A stretch of 64,000 nucleotides of DNA from an uncultured Planctomycetales bacterium (GCA_964631045.1 CAZVWB010000021.1:1-64000); one strand, 5' to 3'. Counted from the stretch's first letter, positions 29,943 through 40,708 are shown. The notes: generated by a model not told the origin, from the sequence alone. A program made the numbers and translations.

Positions 29943-31283
29943 ATGACTCTGCCCCTGGTCGCCATCGTCGGCCGCCCGAATGTCGGGAAAAGCTCGCTGC
30001 TGAACATGCTGGCCCGCCAGCGGATCAGCATCGTCGATCCGCGCGCCGGAATCACCCGCGACCGCGTCAGCGCCGTCATCGAGCAGGATGACCGCTACAT
30101 CGAGCTGATCGACACCGGCGGCATCGGCATGGTCGACGACGATCAGCTCGAAGCACACGTCGAGCACCAGATTCGCTTCGCGATCGACCGCGCCGACCTG
30201 GTGCTGTTCGTCACCGACATCTTCGACGGTCTGACGCCGATGGAGCAGACCATCGCCGAGGCGCTGCGCAAGCTCGAAAAGCCCGTCATCCTGGTGGCGA
30301 ACAAGGCCGACTCGCCCACGGCCGAGCCGCAGGCGGCCGAGTTCGTGCGGCTGGGCTTCGGCCTGGCGATGTGCGTGTCCGCCCTGCACGGCCTGGGCCG
30401 CACCGATCTGATGGACCGCATCCTGCGAACGCTCGGCGGCGCTACGGGCGAGGAGCCGCCGCCGCCGGTGATGAAGCTGGCGATCGTCGGCAAGCGCAAC
30501 GCCGGCAAGAGCACGCTGGTGAACGCGCTGGCCGGCGAGGAGCGCATGATCGTCAGCGAAGTGCCCGGCACCACCCGCGACGCGGTCGACGTGCGCTTCG
30601 AGAAGGACGGCCGCAGCTTCATCGCGATCGATACCGCCGGCGTCCGCAAGAAAAACAAGATGCAGGACGTGGATTTCTACTCGTACACGCGGGCGCTCAG
30701 CGCCATCCGCCGCGCGGACGTGGTGATGCTGCTGATCGACTCGACCGTGCCGATCGGCGAGGTCGACCTGAAGCTGTGCCGCGCCGTGCTGGACGAATAC
30801 AAACCGGTGGTCATCACGATCAACAAGTGGGACCTGGCCAAGGAGCGGGCCACGGCCGAGGACTACGGCGACTACCTGACGAAGGTCATGCCGCTGATGG
30901 ACTACGCGCCGATCACGTTCATGACCGCCACCGAGGGCAAGAACGTCGACGCCGCGGTCGACGTGGCCCTGAGCCTGCACAAGCAGGCCCACACGCGCGT
31001 CACGACCGGGCGGCTGAACGCCGCGCTCGAGGCGCTCCTGGCCGGCCGCGACCCGGCGCCCAAGAGCGGGCAGCGCTCGGTGAAGATCTACTACGCCACG
31101 CAGGTGGGCGTGGCGCCGCCGGCGTTTGTGTTCTTCTGCAACGACCCGGAGCTGGTGACCGAGAACTACCGGCGGTACATGGAGAACCGGCTGCGCGAAA
31201 TTCTGCCGTTCCCCGAGGTGCCGCTACGGCTGATGTTCCGGCCGCGCGGCGCGGGGGCGCGCCGCGAGGAGCGCGGCGGGTAA
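29943..31283 (+). CDS. der: ribosome-associated GTPase Der (EngA), tandem GTPase domains
   Basis: Two G domains (GRPNVGKSS...DTGG; GKRNAGKST...DTAG) and a KH-like C-terminus. ATG at 29943. Confidence 0.9.
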   Translation: MTLPLVAIVGRPNVGKSSLLNMLARQRISIVDPRAGITRDRVSAVIEQDDRYIELIDTGGIGMVDDDQLEAHVEHQIRFAIDRADLVLFVTDIFDGLTPMEQTIAEALRKLEKPVILVANKADSPTAEPQAAEFVRLGFGLAMCVSALHGLGRTDLMDRILRTLGGATGEEPPPPVMKLAIVGKRNAGKSTLVNALAGEERMIVSEVPGTTRDAVDVRFEKDGRSFIAIDTAGVRKKNKMQDVDFYSYTRALSAIRRADVVMLLIDSTVPIGEVDLKLCRAVLDEYKPVVITINKWDLAKERATAEDYGDYLTKVMPLMDYAPITFMTATEGKNVDAAVDVALSLHKQAHTRVTTGRLNAALEALLAGRDPAPKSGQRSVKIYYATQVGVAPPAFVFFCNDPELVTENYRRYMENRLREILPFPEVPLRLMFRPRGAGARREERGG

Positions 31284-31290
31284 CGCGGCG

Positions 31291-31872
31291 ATGCGCTGCT
31301 TTGTCGCGGTCGAGCTCGACGCGGCCGCCCGGCGGGTGCTGGGCGCGTGGCTGCGCCGGCAGCCGCGCCCCCGCGGTCTGGCCTGGTGTCGGCCGGAGCA
31401 ACTGCACATCACGCTAAAATTCCTGGGCGAAATCGCGGAAACACAGGTTGCGGGCATCGCCGCCGCCCTGGCGGAGGCCGCCCGCCGCGCGGCGCCGTTC
31501 TCGCTGCGGCTTGCGGCGCTCGGCGCGTTTCCGTCGCACGGGCGGCCGCGCGTGCTCTGCTGCGGCGTCGCGGATGCGGGCGGCGCATGCGCAGCGCTGG
31601 CCGCGCGCGTCGATGCCGCGTTCGAAGCGCTCGGCTTCGCGCCGGAGGCGCGTCCCTTCGCGGCACACGTGACGCTCGCGCGGGCACGGGGGCCCGATGG
31701 GGAGGCGGCGCTTCGCGATCTGCTGGCAGCCGAATCCCGCGCGGAGTCGAACCCCTTCGCCGGCGCGGAGCCGTTCGCAGTGCCGCGCGTCGTGTTGTTC
31801 GAGAGCCGGCTCGCCCCCGGCGGAGCGCAATACGTCGCCGCCGCCACGGCGACCTTGCGCAGCGCGGAGTGA
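31291..31872 (+). CDS. thpR: RNA 2',3'-cyclic phosphodiesterase (2H family, LigT/ThpR)
   Basis: Two H-x-T-x motifs (HITLKF, HVTLAR) spaced as in LigT. Confidence 0.82.
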   Translation: MRCFVAVELDAAARRVLGAWLRRQPRPRGLAWCRPEQLHITLKFLGEIAETQVAGIAAALAEAARRAAPFSLRLAALGAFPSHGRPRVLCCGVADAGGACAALAARVDAAFEALGFAPEARPFAAHVTLARARGPDGEAALRDLLAAESRAESNPFAGAEPFAVPRVVLFESRLAPGGAQYVAAATATLRSAE

Positions 31873-31941
31873 GCCGCAAATCTCAAGACGGGCGACCAGC
31901 CCGCGCGGTCGCCGGGCCGCGCGGCGGCTGCGCGCGGGCGC

Positions 31942-33657
31942 CTAGTATTCCAATCGGGCGAGGTGCCGCGCGCCCAGCCACATCGCGGCGCCGGCGACCA
32001 GCACCGCGCTGATCAGCAGCGCCGCGGCCATGAGCGAGGCGGCCGGGGAGAGCGCTTCGGGGAACGTGAGCGCCGAGCGCGTCTCGTTCAGACTGAGGGT
32101 CGCGACTGCGGACATCTGCACGAAAACGAACACCATGCTGACGATCAGGTTGGATGTGCCGCCGAAGCCCGACGCGATCCGCGCCGGGTTGCGCTGTCCC
32201 ATCACCGGAAAGCGCGCCCCGAACCCGACCGACAGGCCGCACAGACCGATGCACACGGCCAGACAGACGAACAGGTGCAGCCGCGCCCACGGCGCGGGCA
32301 GGCCCAGGACGTTCACCGACAGGGTCATGACGCCGATCGCGGAGAGCCCGGTCACGGTCAGCGCGAAGAGGAACTTCACCAGCAGCAGCGTCGAGCGCCG
32401 CATCGGCAGCAGCCCCAGTAGCCACAACTGCTGCGTTTCCAGCGACAGCAGGGGATAGACGAAGCGGCTCGTAAAGGTCGCGAGGATCAGGCTCACCGTC
32501 GTCAGGTTCAAAAAGGCGATCAGACCCTTCATTCCGGGCGTGCTCAGGTCGCCGGGCAGCGCGTGCATGTTCAGCACGTAGATCACCAGCAGGCCGAACA
32601 TGATCGCCATCTGGGTCCACTGGCGGGCGTCGCGTGCGAAGCCGCGCAGATCCTTGAGCATGATGACGCGCGCGCGGTGCGGCAGGTAGAAGAACAGCGC
32701 CCAGCACAGGCCGGAGGTGAACCACCCGCTGCGGATAATCGGCTTGAAGCGACCCTGCTGCGCCCGGCTGTAGGCCTCGGCCCAGCGCCAGGAGACGACG
32801 TTGATCGTCAGCCACGCCAGGAAAAGGGCGTTGCCCAGCACGACGCCGAGATAGAAGAGACTCTCGCCGACGCGCTGGCCGATCGCCGCGACGATGCCCT
32901 TGGCGGTCCAGGTGTGCGGCATCCAGGGCCGCTCGGCGGCGCTGACCTGGGTGAAGACGACCTGCAGCCAGTCGTCGGACTCCATCGCGGCGTGCGAGAC
33001 GCGCGAGATCCACAGGATCGCCACGAGAATCAGAACGCAGCCGGCCCAGATCGCCGTCGCCAGCGGGCGGCGCGGCGCATACATCGCCACCAGCCACGCG
33101 ACCAGCACGCCGAGCGTTCCGGGGATGGCCACGAACCCCACGAAATGGCCGAAAAACAGCGGGTAGTAGTACCACGCCACGTCTTCGTTCGACGCGACGG
33201 CCATCATCAGCGGCACGCCCAGCAGCAGGAACGACCAGCTCGAAAGAAAGATGCCCTCGACCCACTTCACCAGCATGACGTGCCGCGCGTGCAGCGGCAG
33301 ACTGAGCAGGTGGGCCGGTTCGGAGCGGCCATACATGCTGCTGAACGCGATCACGGCGTTCGAGAACGCCAGCATGATCGCGAGCACCAGGAAGAAGTAC
33401 ACGAAGATCTGCTGATTGGCGACCAGCGCCACCAGCCCCCAGTTCCGCACCTGCATGAGAATGGTGCGCAGCATCAGATACAGCGCCGCCCAGATGAACA
33501 GCAGCAGGCCGAGCGTCACCAGCGTGCGCCACGGCGCGTCGCGCAGTTGCTGATCGATCGCGTTACGCAGTTGCGCCGCGCGGCAGCGCGCCAGCGTCCA
33601 GGCGTCGAAACGCGGACCGGAGCGGGTAAGCGCGACAGGCGTAAACATCGCAGCCAA
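31942..33657 (-). CDS. polytopic integral membrane protein, unknown function
   Basis: 571 aa with at least 12 predicted TM segments. No catalytic motif recognised. Possibly an exporter or permease-like protein. Confidence 0.55.
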   Translation of the reverse strand: MAAMFTPVALTRSGPRFDAWTLARCRAAQLRNAIDQQLRDAPWRTLVTLGLLLFIWAALYLMLRTILMQVRNWGLVALVANQQIFVYFFLVLAIMLAFSNAVIAFSSMYGRSEPAHLLSLPLHARHVMLVKWVEGIFLSSWSFLLLGVPLMMAVASNEDVAWYYYPLFFGHFVGFVAIPGTLGVLVAWLVAMYAPRRPLATAIWAGCVLILVAILWISRVSHAAMESDDWLQVVFTQVSAAERPWMPHTWTAKGIVAAIGQRVGESLFYLGVVLGNALFLAWLTINVVSWRWAEAYSRAQQGRFKPIIRSGWFTSGLCWALFFYLPHRARVIMLKDLRGFARDARQWTQMAIMFGLLVIYVLNMHALPGDLSTPGMKGLIAFLNLTTVSLILATFTSRFVYPLLSLETQQLWLLGLLPMRRSTLLLVKFLFALTVTGLSAIGVMTLSVNVLGLPAPWARLHLFVCLAVCIGLCGLSVGFGARFPVMGQRNPARIASGFGGTSNLIVSMVFVFVQMSAVATLSLNETRSALTFPEALSPAASLMAAALLISAVLVAGAAMWLGARHLARLEY

Positions 33658-33692
33658 GCATAGTCAGGATGCCGCGCCGCGGGCAATGGCGC

Positions 33693-33765
33693 TGATTCAA
33701 CCGGCGGGCGATGGTGGTAGCTCAACCGGCGCGCGATGGTGGTGATTCATCGGGCGGGCGCGGCG
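33693..33765. repeat. three tandem ~25-bp repeats
   Basis: attcaaccggcgggcgatggtggt / agctcaaccggcgcgcgatggtggtg / attcatcgggcgggcgcggcg, upstream of the minus-strand membrane protein gene. Confidence 0.55.
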
Positions 33766-33774
33766 TTCTTCAGC

Positions 33775-33855
33775 GTGGGGCGGGCATCCTGCTCGCCCAG
33801 TTTCCGCCCACTCACCGCGTTGTTTGGGGGCGCGGGCAGATTGCCCGCTCCACCC
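33775..33855. repeat. degenerate REP-like palindromic element (two inverted half-units)
   Basis: gtggggcgggcatcctgctcgccc ... ggcgcgggcagattgcccgctccaccc. Confidence 0.6.
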
Positions 33856-34013
33856 GCCCCGCCAGCCCCACCCGGCGCCGCAAGGCCGCCGCAGCTCCGG
33901 TCACCCCAAAACACCGCGGCGGCCGATGCGGGAGACGCATCGACCGCCGCAGCACAGCTTGACGCGAGTGGTTGCTCAAGCGGCCGAGGCCGCCGGGCAG
34001 CGTCCCCGCGTGA

Positions 34014-35024
34014 TTAGTCGTCGTTGAACTGCGCCCAAGCACCCTCCCAAGGCTTGTTGGGCCAAGTCGTCCAGCCGGAACCGTCCACATAGCGCGTGTC
34101 ATACTTGCTGTACGCAGCACGGCCGTCGAGGAACGCCGCCGAGTGATAATCGCGCTGGCGGTGCCAGCCGACCAGGCTGCGGAGCGGGTTGTTCGGCGCG
34201 CCGCGCGGGCGGGCGTCGGCCAGGGCGTAGTTCATCCGGTTCTCGTAGAAGATGATGAACTCGGACGAGTAGCGCCCGGCCTTTTTCTTGATCATCTGGC
34301 CGCCCAGACCGGCGACCGGACCTAGCGGTGGAGGCGTGGCGCCGATCCGCTGCAGGAAATTCGTGTAGGGCGCCTGATTACCGGGCGGTGCGAGCTGGTA
34401 GTAGTTCGGCCAGTACCAGTTGGTCGCGTAACTCGTGCCCCAGAATTCCCAAGTGCGGAACGGCGTATCGTCCTCGAGGTCGTCATTCGCCGTTCCACCG
34501 CCGGCTTCCGGCACGGCTGCGGTGATGTCCGACGGGCACTTGAACACACCCGGCGTCTCCGCCCGCACCTGAACGCGACGCGCCGGTGTGTCGCGGTCGC
34601 CGTTGTCCCAACTGACCGTCGACGAGATGAACTTGTTCATCGGGCGATAGCGAGGAGGTACGACGGAGATATCGCCTGAACTCGGCGCGCGACCGCCATA
34701 GCGGGTCTGCAGCCAGTCTGAAGCCGACTTGTCGGGCATCGCCCCGCCCCAGATGAACTCCGTGTACAGGCCAAAGTTGTACTGCACGTCGCCGACGTAG
34801 TACGGCGAAGGAACGACCCAGGGGAGATCATCATTCTCGAGCAGGTAGCTGGTTGCAGCCAGGCCGATCTGCTTCAGGTTCGACGTGCAGACCGCGATGC
34901 GGGCCTGCTCCTTGGCGCGATTCAGCGCCGGCAGCAGAATCGACAGCAGCAGGGCGATGATCGCCACCACCACCAGCAATTCGATGAGTGTGAACCCCTC
35001 CCGCCATGATCTGCGGTTTCTCAT
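34014..35024 (-). CDS. DUF1559-type protein with a prepilin-type N-terminal cleavage/methylation domain
   Basis: N-terminus [31 protein letters not shown]. 336 aa. This is the family that is massively expanded in Planctomycetota. Confidence 0.85.
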   Translation of the reverse strand: MRNRRSWREGFTLIELLVVVAIIALLLSILLPALNRAKEQARIAVCTSNLKQIGLAATSYLLENDDLPWVVPSPYYVGDVQYNFGLYTEFIWGGAMPDKSASDWLQTRYGGRAPSSGDISVVPPRYRPMNKFISSTVSWDNGDRDTPARRVQVRAETPGVFKCPSDITAAVPEAGGGTANDDLEDDTPFRTWEFWGTSYATNWYWPNYYQLAPPGNQAPYTNFLQRIGATPPPLGPVAGLGGQMIKKKAGRYSSEFIIFYENRMNYALADARPRGAPNNPLRSLVGWHRQRDYHSAAFLDGRAAYSKYDTRYVDGSGWTTWPNKPWEGAWAQFNDD

Positions 35025-35421
35025 GCGTAGGTCTCCTTGCTCTGGGCCTCATTCGACGCAGCCCCGCCACCACGGTCATGGGGCCCGCGGCGCGACAACG
35101 TAGGACACAGACAAACAACGAATGACGCCATCATCAAGTTTACCACGATATTATGATCGGAACAAGAATGTCCTTACAATCTCGCGCAGATCCCGCGCGA
35201 GATCCCGCCGCCGCGCGCCGTGGCCAACGATCGCTCTCCGACGCGAAGCTCATAAGAACTTTTATCTGCTGGGTTTAGCGAGTTTCTCAGGTGGGGAGCG
35301 CACCCTTGGCGGCCCAGGCGTCGGGTGATCTTCTACCTACGAATCCGAGCGGAAACCGCGGCGGTTGACACGCGCAGATCATGCCGGTCCAAACGGCGGC
35401 GTCCCCGGCGCGGCCGCCGCG

Positions 35422-36009
35422 TCAGCGACTGGCAACCACAACGGGCGAGCCGGCGCCCATCGCCAGGCGCAGTTGCCCATAGCGCGGCGGCGTGGCGATG
35501 ATCTGGAACTCGCACTCCAGGTAGTTGCGGCCGAATTGCAGGCAGGCGGACCGCTCGGGCATGAACAGATCGACCGTGTTGTGGCGGAAGCGCTCGTGTG
35601 TGCGGTCCGTAACTACAAACGTGCGATTGAGTTGCGGGATGTAGACCAGCGAGCCGAACGGGATGTCCGCCGGCGCCGCACACTGTCCCAGGCCGGACGG
35701 CACACCCGACGCCGTCAGGCCGCGATCGCAGTAGGCGGTCACGCGGCAGATGCGGCGGACGCGATGGCTGGCGCGGAAGCCTTCGACGACCAGCTCGGCG
35801 TCGTCGCTCGGCGGGCCGACGACCTCCGCGGCCGAAAGCTCCCAATCCGACTGAGCGCCCCATGCCACGGACGCAGCGGGATCGGGTCGCGCCGGCAGAA
35901 AGTCGCGAACATTTGACAGGTTCCGCGGCGTGCGCGGCGACATGCCCAGCGCGCCGAGAAACACGAGCGCGCAGCAGGCCAGCCGGCCTGCGGCCAGAGT
36001 GGTGACCAT
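35422..36009 (-). CDS. 3D-domain protein (MltA/RlpA-like lytic transglycosylase fold)
   Basis: Signal peptide, then CRVTAYCDRGLTASGV...GQCAAPADIPFGSLVYIP...FVVTDRT...NTVDLFMP with the three conserved Asp. Confidence 0.72.
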   Translation of the reverse strand: MVTTLAAGRLACCALVFLGALGMSPRTPRNLSNVRDFLPARPDPAASVAWGAQSDWELSAAEVVGPPSDDAELVVEGFRASHRVRRICRVTAYCDRGLTASGVPSGLGQCAAPADIPFGSLVYIPQLNRTFVVTDRTHERFRHNTVDLFMPERSACLQFGRNYLECEFQIIATPPRYGQLRLAMGAGSPVVVASR

Positions 36010-36368
36010 ATTCGATTTCTCCGTGGGGCCCTGGAATCCGTTCCCACGACCGGAGTTGCGAATGCTCCGGCTCTTCGACCGCGACCGCCCATGTCGCGAT
36101 CCACGCCAAGTCAGGGTATGGTAGCGGCGCGACCGGCCGTGTCCAGCAAAATCACCGTGAACGCGCACGGCTTGCGCTTCTTTTCGCGGTTATTGACAGG
36201 TGTCGCTTATGGGGCAGACGGAGGCGCGCTGCGATCGCAGATATTCTCAGGCCAGCCCGCTTGCGGCGCGGAAGCTGCAAGCATGTTGAGATCGCGCAAG
36301 GACGCGGCGAAGCGTCACGCCGGCGATTCGAGCCGCGCCAGATTTGGCCGTAGCGACGGGAGATAGAC

Positions 36369-37151
36369 GTGCCGAAGTTTCTGATCGCCGGTAACTGGAA
36401 GATGAACCTGAACCTGCGCGAGGCGCGCGGTCTGCTCGCCGAACTGGCGGACGGATTGCGGACGCTGGGCGACTTCGCCGCCCGCGCCGCGGTCGCAGTC
36501 TGCCCTCCGGCGATCTACCTGTTTCCGACCGCCAAGGCGACCGAGGGGACGCCAATTCAGATGGGGGCGCAGAACGCGTACTTCGAGACCGGCGGCGCAT
36601 TCACCGGCGAGCTCTCGATCGCGATGATCAAGGAGACCGGGGCGCGCTTCGTGATCCTCGGGCACAGCGAGCGGCGGCACACGATCGGCCGCGGCGAAGA
36701 CGACTGGATGATCAACCGCAAGGTGCTCGCGACGATCGCCGGGGGCTTGACGCCGATCGTCTGCATCGGCGAGACGCTGGCGCAGCGCCAGGCGGGTCAG
36801 GCGCTGGACGTGCTCAGTTTTCAGTTAGCCGCCGGGCTGTCGTCGGTGAAACTGGCGCAGCGGGAGAGTCTGGTGATCGCCTACGAGCCGGTCTGGGCGA
36901 TCGGTACGGGCCAGAACGCCACGCCGCAACAGGCGCAGGAGGCCCACGCTCACATTCGCGGCGAGCTTCGCCGGCTGTTCGCGTCACATGCCGCGGAGAT
37001 CCGGATTCTGTACGGCGGCAGCGTCAAGGCCGACAATGCCGAGGCGATCATGGCCCAGCCGGACGTCGACGGCGCGCTGGTAGGCGGGGCGAGCCTGAAA
37101 GCGGACAGCTTCCTGGGGATTCTCCGCGGGGCGCTGGCAGTGCGGCGGTAG
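36369..37151 (+). CDS. tpiA: triosephosphate isomerase
   Basis: GNWKMN, ILGHSERR and AYEPVWAIGTG motifs. GTG start. Confidence 0.92.
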   Translation: MPKFLIAGNWKMNLNLREARGLLAELADGLRTLGDFAARAAVAVCPPAIYLFPTAKATEGTPIQMGAQNAYFETGGAFTGELSIAMIKETGARFVILGHSERRHTIGRGEDDWMINRKVLATIAGGLTPIVCIGETLAQRQAGQALDVLSFQLAAGLSSVKLAQRESLVIAYEPVWAIGTGQNATPQQAQEAHAHIRGELRRLFASHAAEIRILYGGSVKADNAEAIMAQPDVDGALVGGASLKADSFLGILRGALAVRR

Positions 37152-37228
37152 GCTCGCTATCCTACGGGGCTTGGCGCTGCGCGCGGCGCTCGACGCGCGC
37201 GGGCGGCGGCTTCGCGGAGAAGAAGATC

Positions 37229-37612
37229 ATGATCCTGGCTGCGTTCTATCACCCCATCGTCGCCACGCTGTTCGCGCTGATGGCGGTTCTGCTGATGCTC
37301 GTCATACTGCTGCAGCGCGGTCGCGGCGTCGGGTTGCAGGGTGCGTTCGGCGGCGTCGGCGGCCACACCGCGTTCGGCTCGAAGACCGGCGACATTCTGA
37401 CGTGGATCACGATCGTCGGGGCCGGCGTCTTCCTGTTTTTCGCGGTCATCCTGAACTTCGTGTTCGTCAAGAAGCGTGCGGCGGACGATCTGCCCACGCC
37501 GCCGGCGCAGACGCCGGGCGGCGGCGCGGCCCCGGCCGGGTCGCGTTTGCCGGGCGAGGTCGAGTCGCCGCGCTACGCCGGGGCAGCGATCTTCGGGGAA
37601 GACCTGCTCTAA
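37229..37612 (+). CDS. secG: preprotein translocase subunit SecG
   Basis: Small 2-TM protein with LLQRGRG and AFGG motifs. The tpiA-secG order is conserved. Confidence 0.82.
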   Translation: MILAAFYHPIVATLFALMAVLLMLVILLQRGRGVGLQGAFGGVGGHTAFGSKTGDILTWITIVGAGVFLFFAVILNFVFVKKRAADDLPTPPAQTPGGGAAPAGSRLPGEVESPRYAGAAIFGEDLL

Positions 37613-37663
37613 TCGCGACCGGCGGCGCGATCGGCCGCGAAACCACGCTAACGAGCTGCGGGC

Positions 37664-38545
37664 ATGGTCCTGTCCATGACGGGTTACGGCGACGCGCAGC
37701 TCGAAGAGGCGGGGCAGCTATATCACTTCGAAGTTCGCACGGTCAACAACCGCTATTTCAAGTGTGCCATCCGGCTGCCCGACGAGTTCGCGTTTGTCGA
37801 ACCGGAGCTTGAGACGCTGCTGCGGCAGCGCATCACGCGCGGCAGCGTCACCGCCCGCATGTACGTCCGCGACCTGAGCGCTGCCGCCGCCCAGGACATC
37901 AACCCCGCCGCGCTGCAGCGCTACGTGGATCAACTTCGTTCGGCGGCGGGTTCGGACATGCGGCTGACGATCGATCTGGCCGTACTGGCGACGCTGCCGG
38001 GCGTCTGTCAGCCGCGGGAGCTCGACGAGAAGCAGCGCGAAGCCGCGTGGGCGATCGTGGAGAAACTCGCGAAACAGGCGCTTGAGCGGCTGCTCGCGAT
38101 GCGTGCGGCGGAGGGCCGGGCGCTGGCGGACGACCTGCGGCAGCAATGCGGGCGGATGCGGACGCACCTGTCGGCGATTCGCGAGCGCGGGCCTGGAGTG
38201 GTGGAGGAGTATCGGGCACGGCTGATGTCGCGGGTCAACGAACTGATCGCGGGCAGCAGCGTACGTCTGGCGGAGGAAGACCTGCTGAAGGAAGTGGCGA
38301 TCTACGCGGAGCGCAGCGACATCGCCGAGGAGCAGTCGCGCCTCGCCGGGCACATCGACCAGTTCGACGCCGGCATCGCCAGCAGCGAGCCGGCCGGGCG
38401 GAAGCTGGAGTTCATCGCCCAGGAAATGCTTCGCGAGGCGAACACGATCGGCTCGAAGGCCAACGATTCCGAAATCGCGCGGCACACGATCGAGATCAAA
38501 ACGGCGATCGACCGGCTGAAGGAGCAGGTGCAGAACGCCGAGTGA
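37664..38545 (+). CDS. yicC: YicC family (DUF1732) stress-induced protein
   Basis: MTGYG N-terminus and a C-terminal conserved region (FIAQEMLREANTIGSKAND.EIARHTIEIK). Confidence 0.85.
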   Translation: MVLSMTGYGDAQLEEAGQLYHFEVRTVNNRYFKCAIRLPDEFAFVEPELETLLRQRITRGSVTARMYVRDLSAAAAQDINPAALQRYVDQLRSAAGSDMRLTIDLAVLATLPGVCQPRELDEKQREAAWAIVEKLAKQALERLLAMRAAEGRALADDLRQQCGRMRTHLSAIRERGPGVVEEYRARLMSRVNELIAGSSVRLAEEDLLKEVAIYAERSDIAEEQSRLAGHIDQFDAGIASSEPAGRKLEFIAQEMLREANTIGSKANDSEIARHTIEIKTAIDRLKEQVQNAE

Positions 38546-38551
38546 AATATG

Positions 38552-38586
38552 GAATAGCGAATAGCGAATGGCGAATGGCGAATGCA
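38552..38586. repeat. heptanucleotide microsatellite (GAATRGC x5)
   Basis: gaatagc gaatagc gaatggc gaatggc gaatgc, directly after the yicC stop. Confidence 0.8.
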
Positions 38587-38891
38587 GTACTCCGACTGCC
38601 GCTTGGTTTCAGCATACCACGACGAAGGACGGAGATCCGCAGGAGCGTATCCCACAACCGGACCGAACTGACGGAAACCCATCATCCGGGCCTGGTTCCG
38701 GGTGGCGATGGAAGCGCTTTTAACAGCTAGCGCCGAGAGAGTTTGCGGCCGGCAAGAACCGTAACCGACCGGCGGAGTGCAACCCGCCGCGACCCCGGCG
38801 ACTCTCGATCGGTCTGTCGCAACGTAACGGCCGCGCTCGAACGACTCGACTGCCCGTAATTCGCTCTTCGCAATCCGCTATTCTGAACTCA

Positions 38892-39701
38892 ATGCTCACC
38901 GACACCCACTGCCACCTGACCAGCGCCGAGATCGCGCCGCAGCTTGTTGGCGTCATGGCGCGGGCCGCGGAGGCTGGCGTGCGCCGCATGGTCACCGTGG
39001 CCACCACGCCGGACGACGCCATCGCGGCTGCCGCAATCATGGGGGCACATCGGAACGTTTACCTGTGCGCCGGGGTGCATCCGCATCAGGCGCAGACCTG
39101 CGGCGATGACGACCTGGCGCGGCTGGCGGCGATGCATGAGGGACGCGAGGCCGCGCTGGCGGGCGCCGCCGGGCGGCTGGTCGCGGTGGGCGAGACCGGC
39201 CTGGACTTCCACTACGACTTCGCACCGCCGGCGCGGCAGGAGCTGGTCTTTCGCTATCAGCTCGAACTCGCGCAGCGCGTCGGTCGTCCCGTGGTCATTC
39301 ACGCCCGCAAGGCCGAAGAGCGGGTGTGCGATGTTCTCGCAGAGTATCCCGCGCTGCGCGATCGCGTCGTGTTTCACTGCTTCTCCGGCGGTGTGCCGCT
39401 GGCGCGGCGCGTGCTCGACGGCGGCCACTGGCTCTCGTTCACCGGCGTCGTCACGTTCAAGAACGCCGGCGACGTGCGCGACGCGGCGCGATTCGCACCG
39501 CTGGACCGCGTAATGGTCGAGACCGATTCGCCCTACCTCGCGCCGGTTCCCCATCGCGGCAAGCAGCCCTGCGAGCCGGCGTTCGCAGCGCTCACGGCGC
39601 GGTTTCTGGCCGAGCTGCGCGGCATGCCCTACGATGCTTTCGCCGCGGCGACGACGGCCAACGCGATCCGATTCTTTCAATTGCCAGAGGATGTTGCATG
39701 A
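38892..39701 (+). CDS. tatD: TatD family hydrolase
   Basis: DTHCHL, GETGLDFHY and HAR motifs. Confidence 0.85.
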   Translation: MLTDTHCHLTSAEIAPQLVGVMARAAEAGVRRMVTVATTPDDAIAAAAIMGAHRNVYLCAGVHPHQAQTCGDDDLARLAAMHEGREAALAGAAGRLVAVGETGLDFHYDFAPPARQELVFRYQLELAQRVGRPVVIHARKAEERVCDVLAEYPALRDRVVFHCFSGGVPLARRVLDGGHWLSFTGVVTFKNAGDVRDAARFAPLDRVMVETDSPYLAPVPHRGKQPCEPAFAALTARFLAELRGMPYDAFAAATTANAIRFFQLPEDVA

Positions 39702-40633
39702 GTCGCTGTCTGATCACCGGCGGGGCGGGGTTCATCGGCGGTCACATTGTGCGCGGGGCGCTGGCCCGCGGTTACACGGTGCGCGTGCTGGACGATCTGA
39801 GCACCGGCAGCCGCCGCAACCTCGAAGAGGTCGCCGCGAAGATCGAGTTCGTTCAGGCCGATATCCGCGACCTTGCGGCGGTGCGCAACGCGATGGAGGG
39901 CGTCGAGGTGGTGTTCCACCTTGCGGCGCTGGGCAGCGTGCCGCGCAGCGTCGACGACCCCGCGACAACGCACGACGTGAACATCACCGGATCGCTCAAC
40001 GTGCTGCTGGCCGCCCGCGACGCGAAGGTCCGCCGGGTGGTGTACTCCGCAAGCAGCAGCGCCTATGGCGACACGCCGACGCTTCCGAAGCACGAGGCGA
40101 TGGCCCCGCAGCCGATGAGCCCGTATGCGGTCAGCAAGCTGGCGGCCGAGCACTACTGTCTGGCGTTCGCGAAGTGCTATGGCTTGCAGACGGTGTCGCT
40201 GCGCTATTTCAACGTGTTCGGCCCGCGGCAGGATCCGAGCAGCACGTACGCCGCGGTGATTCCGGCGTTCGTCAGCCGCATGGTGCGCGGGCAGCGACCG
40301 ATCATCTACGGCGACGGGGAGCAGTCGCGCGACTTCTGCTATGCGGACAATGTGGTCGAGGCGAACCTGCTCGCCGCAAGCGCCGCCAAGACCGCCGGCG
40401 AAGCGATGAACATCGCCTGCGGCGAGCGGACGACGCTGAACGAGATCGTCGCGGTGATCAATCGCAGCCTGGGCACGCAGATCGAGCCGGAGTATCGCCC
40501 GGCGCGGGCGGGCGACGTGCGTCACAGCCTGGCCGATCTGGCGGAGGCCAAGCGCGTGATCGGCTACGAGCCGAAGATTTTCTTTGCAGACGGGCTGCAG
40601 CGCGCGATCCACTGGTATCGCGAGAACGCCTGA
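39698..40633 (+). CDS. NAD-dependent epimerase/dehydratase (UDP-sugar 4-epimerase-like SDR)
   Basis: TGGAGFIGGH Rossmann motif and YAVSK catalytic motif. ATGA overlap with tatD. Confidence 0.85.
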   Translation: MSRCLITGGAGFIGGHIVRGALARGYTVRVLDDLSTGSRRNLEEVAAKIEFVQADIRDLAAVRNAMEGVEVVFHLAALGSVPRSVDDPATTHDVNITGSLNVLLAARDAKVRRVVYSASSSAYGDTPTLPKHEAMAPQPMSPYAVSKLAAEHYCLAFAKCYGLQTVSLRYFNVFGPRQDPSSTYAAVIPAFVSRMVRGQRPIIYGDGEQSRDFCYADNVVEANLLAASAAKTAGEAMNIACGERTTLNEIVAVINRSLGTQIEPEYRPARAGDVRHSLADLAEAKRVIGYEPKIFFADGLQRAIHWYRENA

Positions 40634-40708
40634 TCGAGCGCGGAGCACGTCGGGTGGGTTTCGCTGCGCTCTACCCACGCTGCCTAACCACGCACCATCC
40701 GCGGGCGT

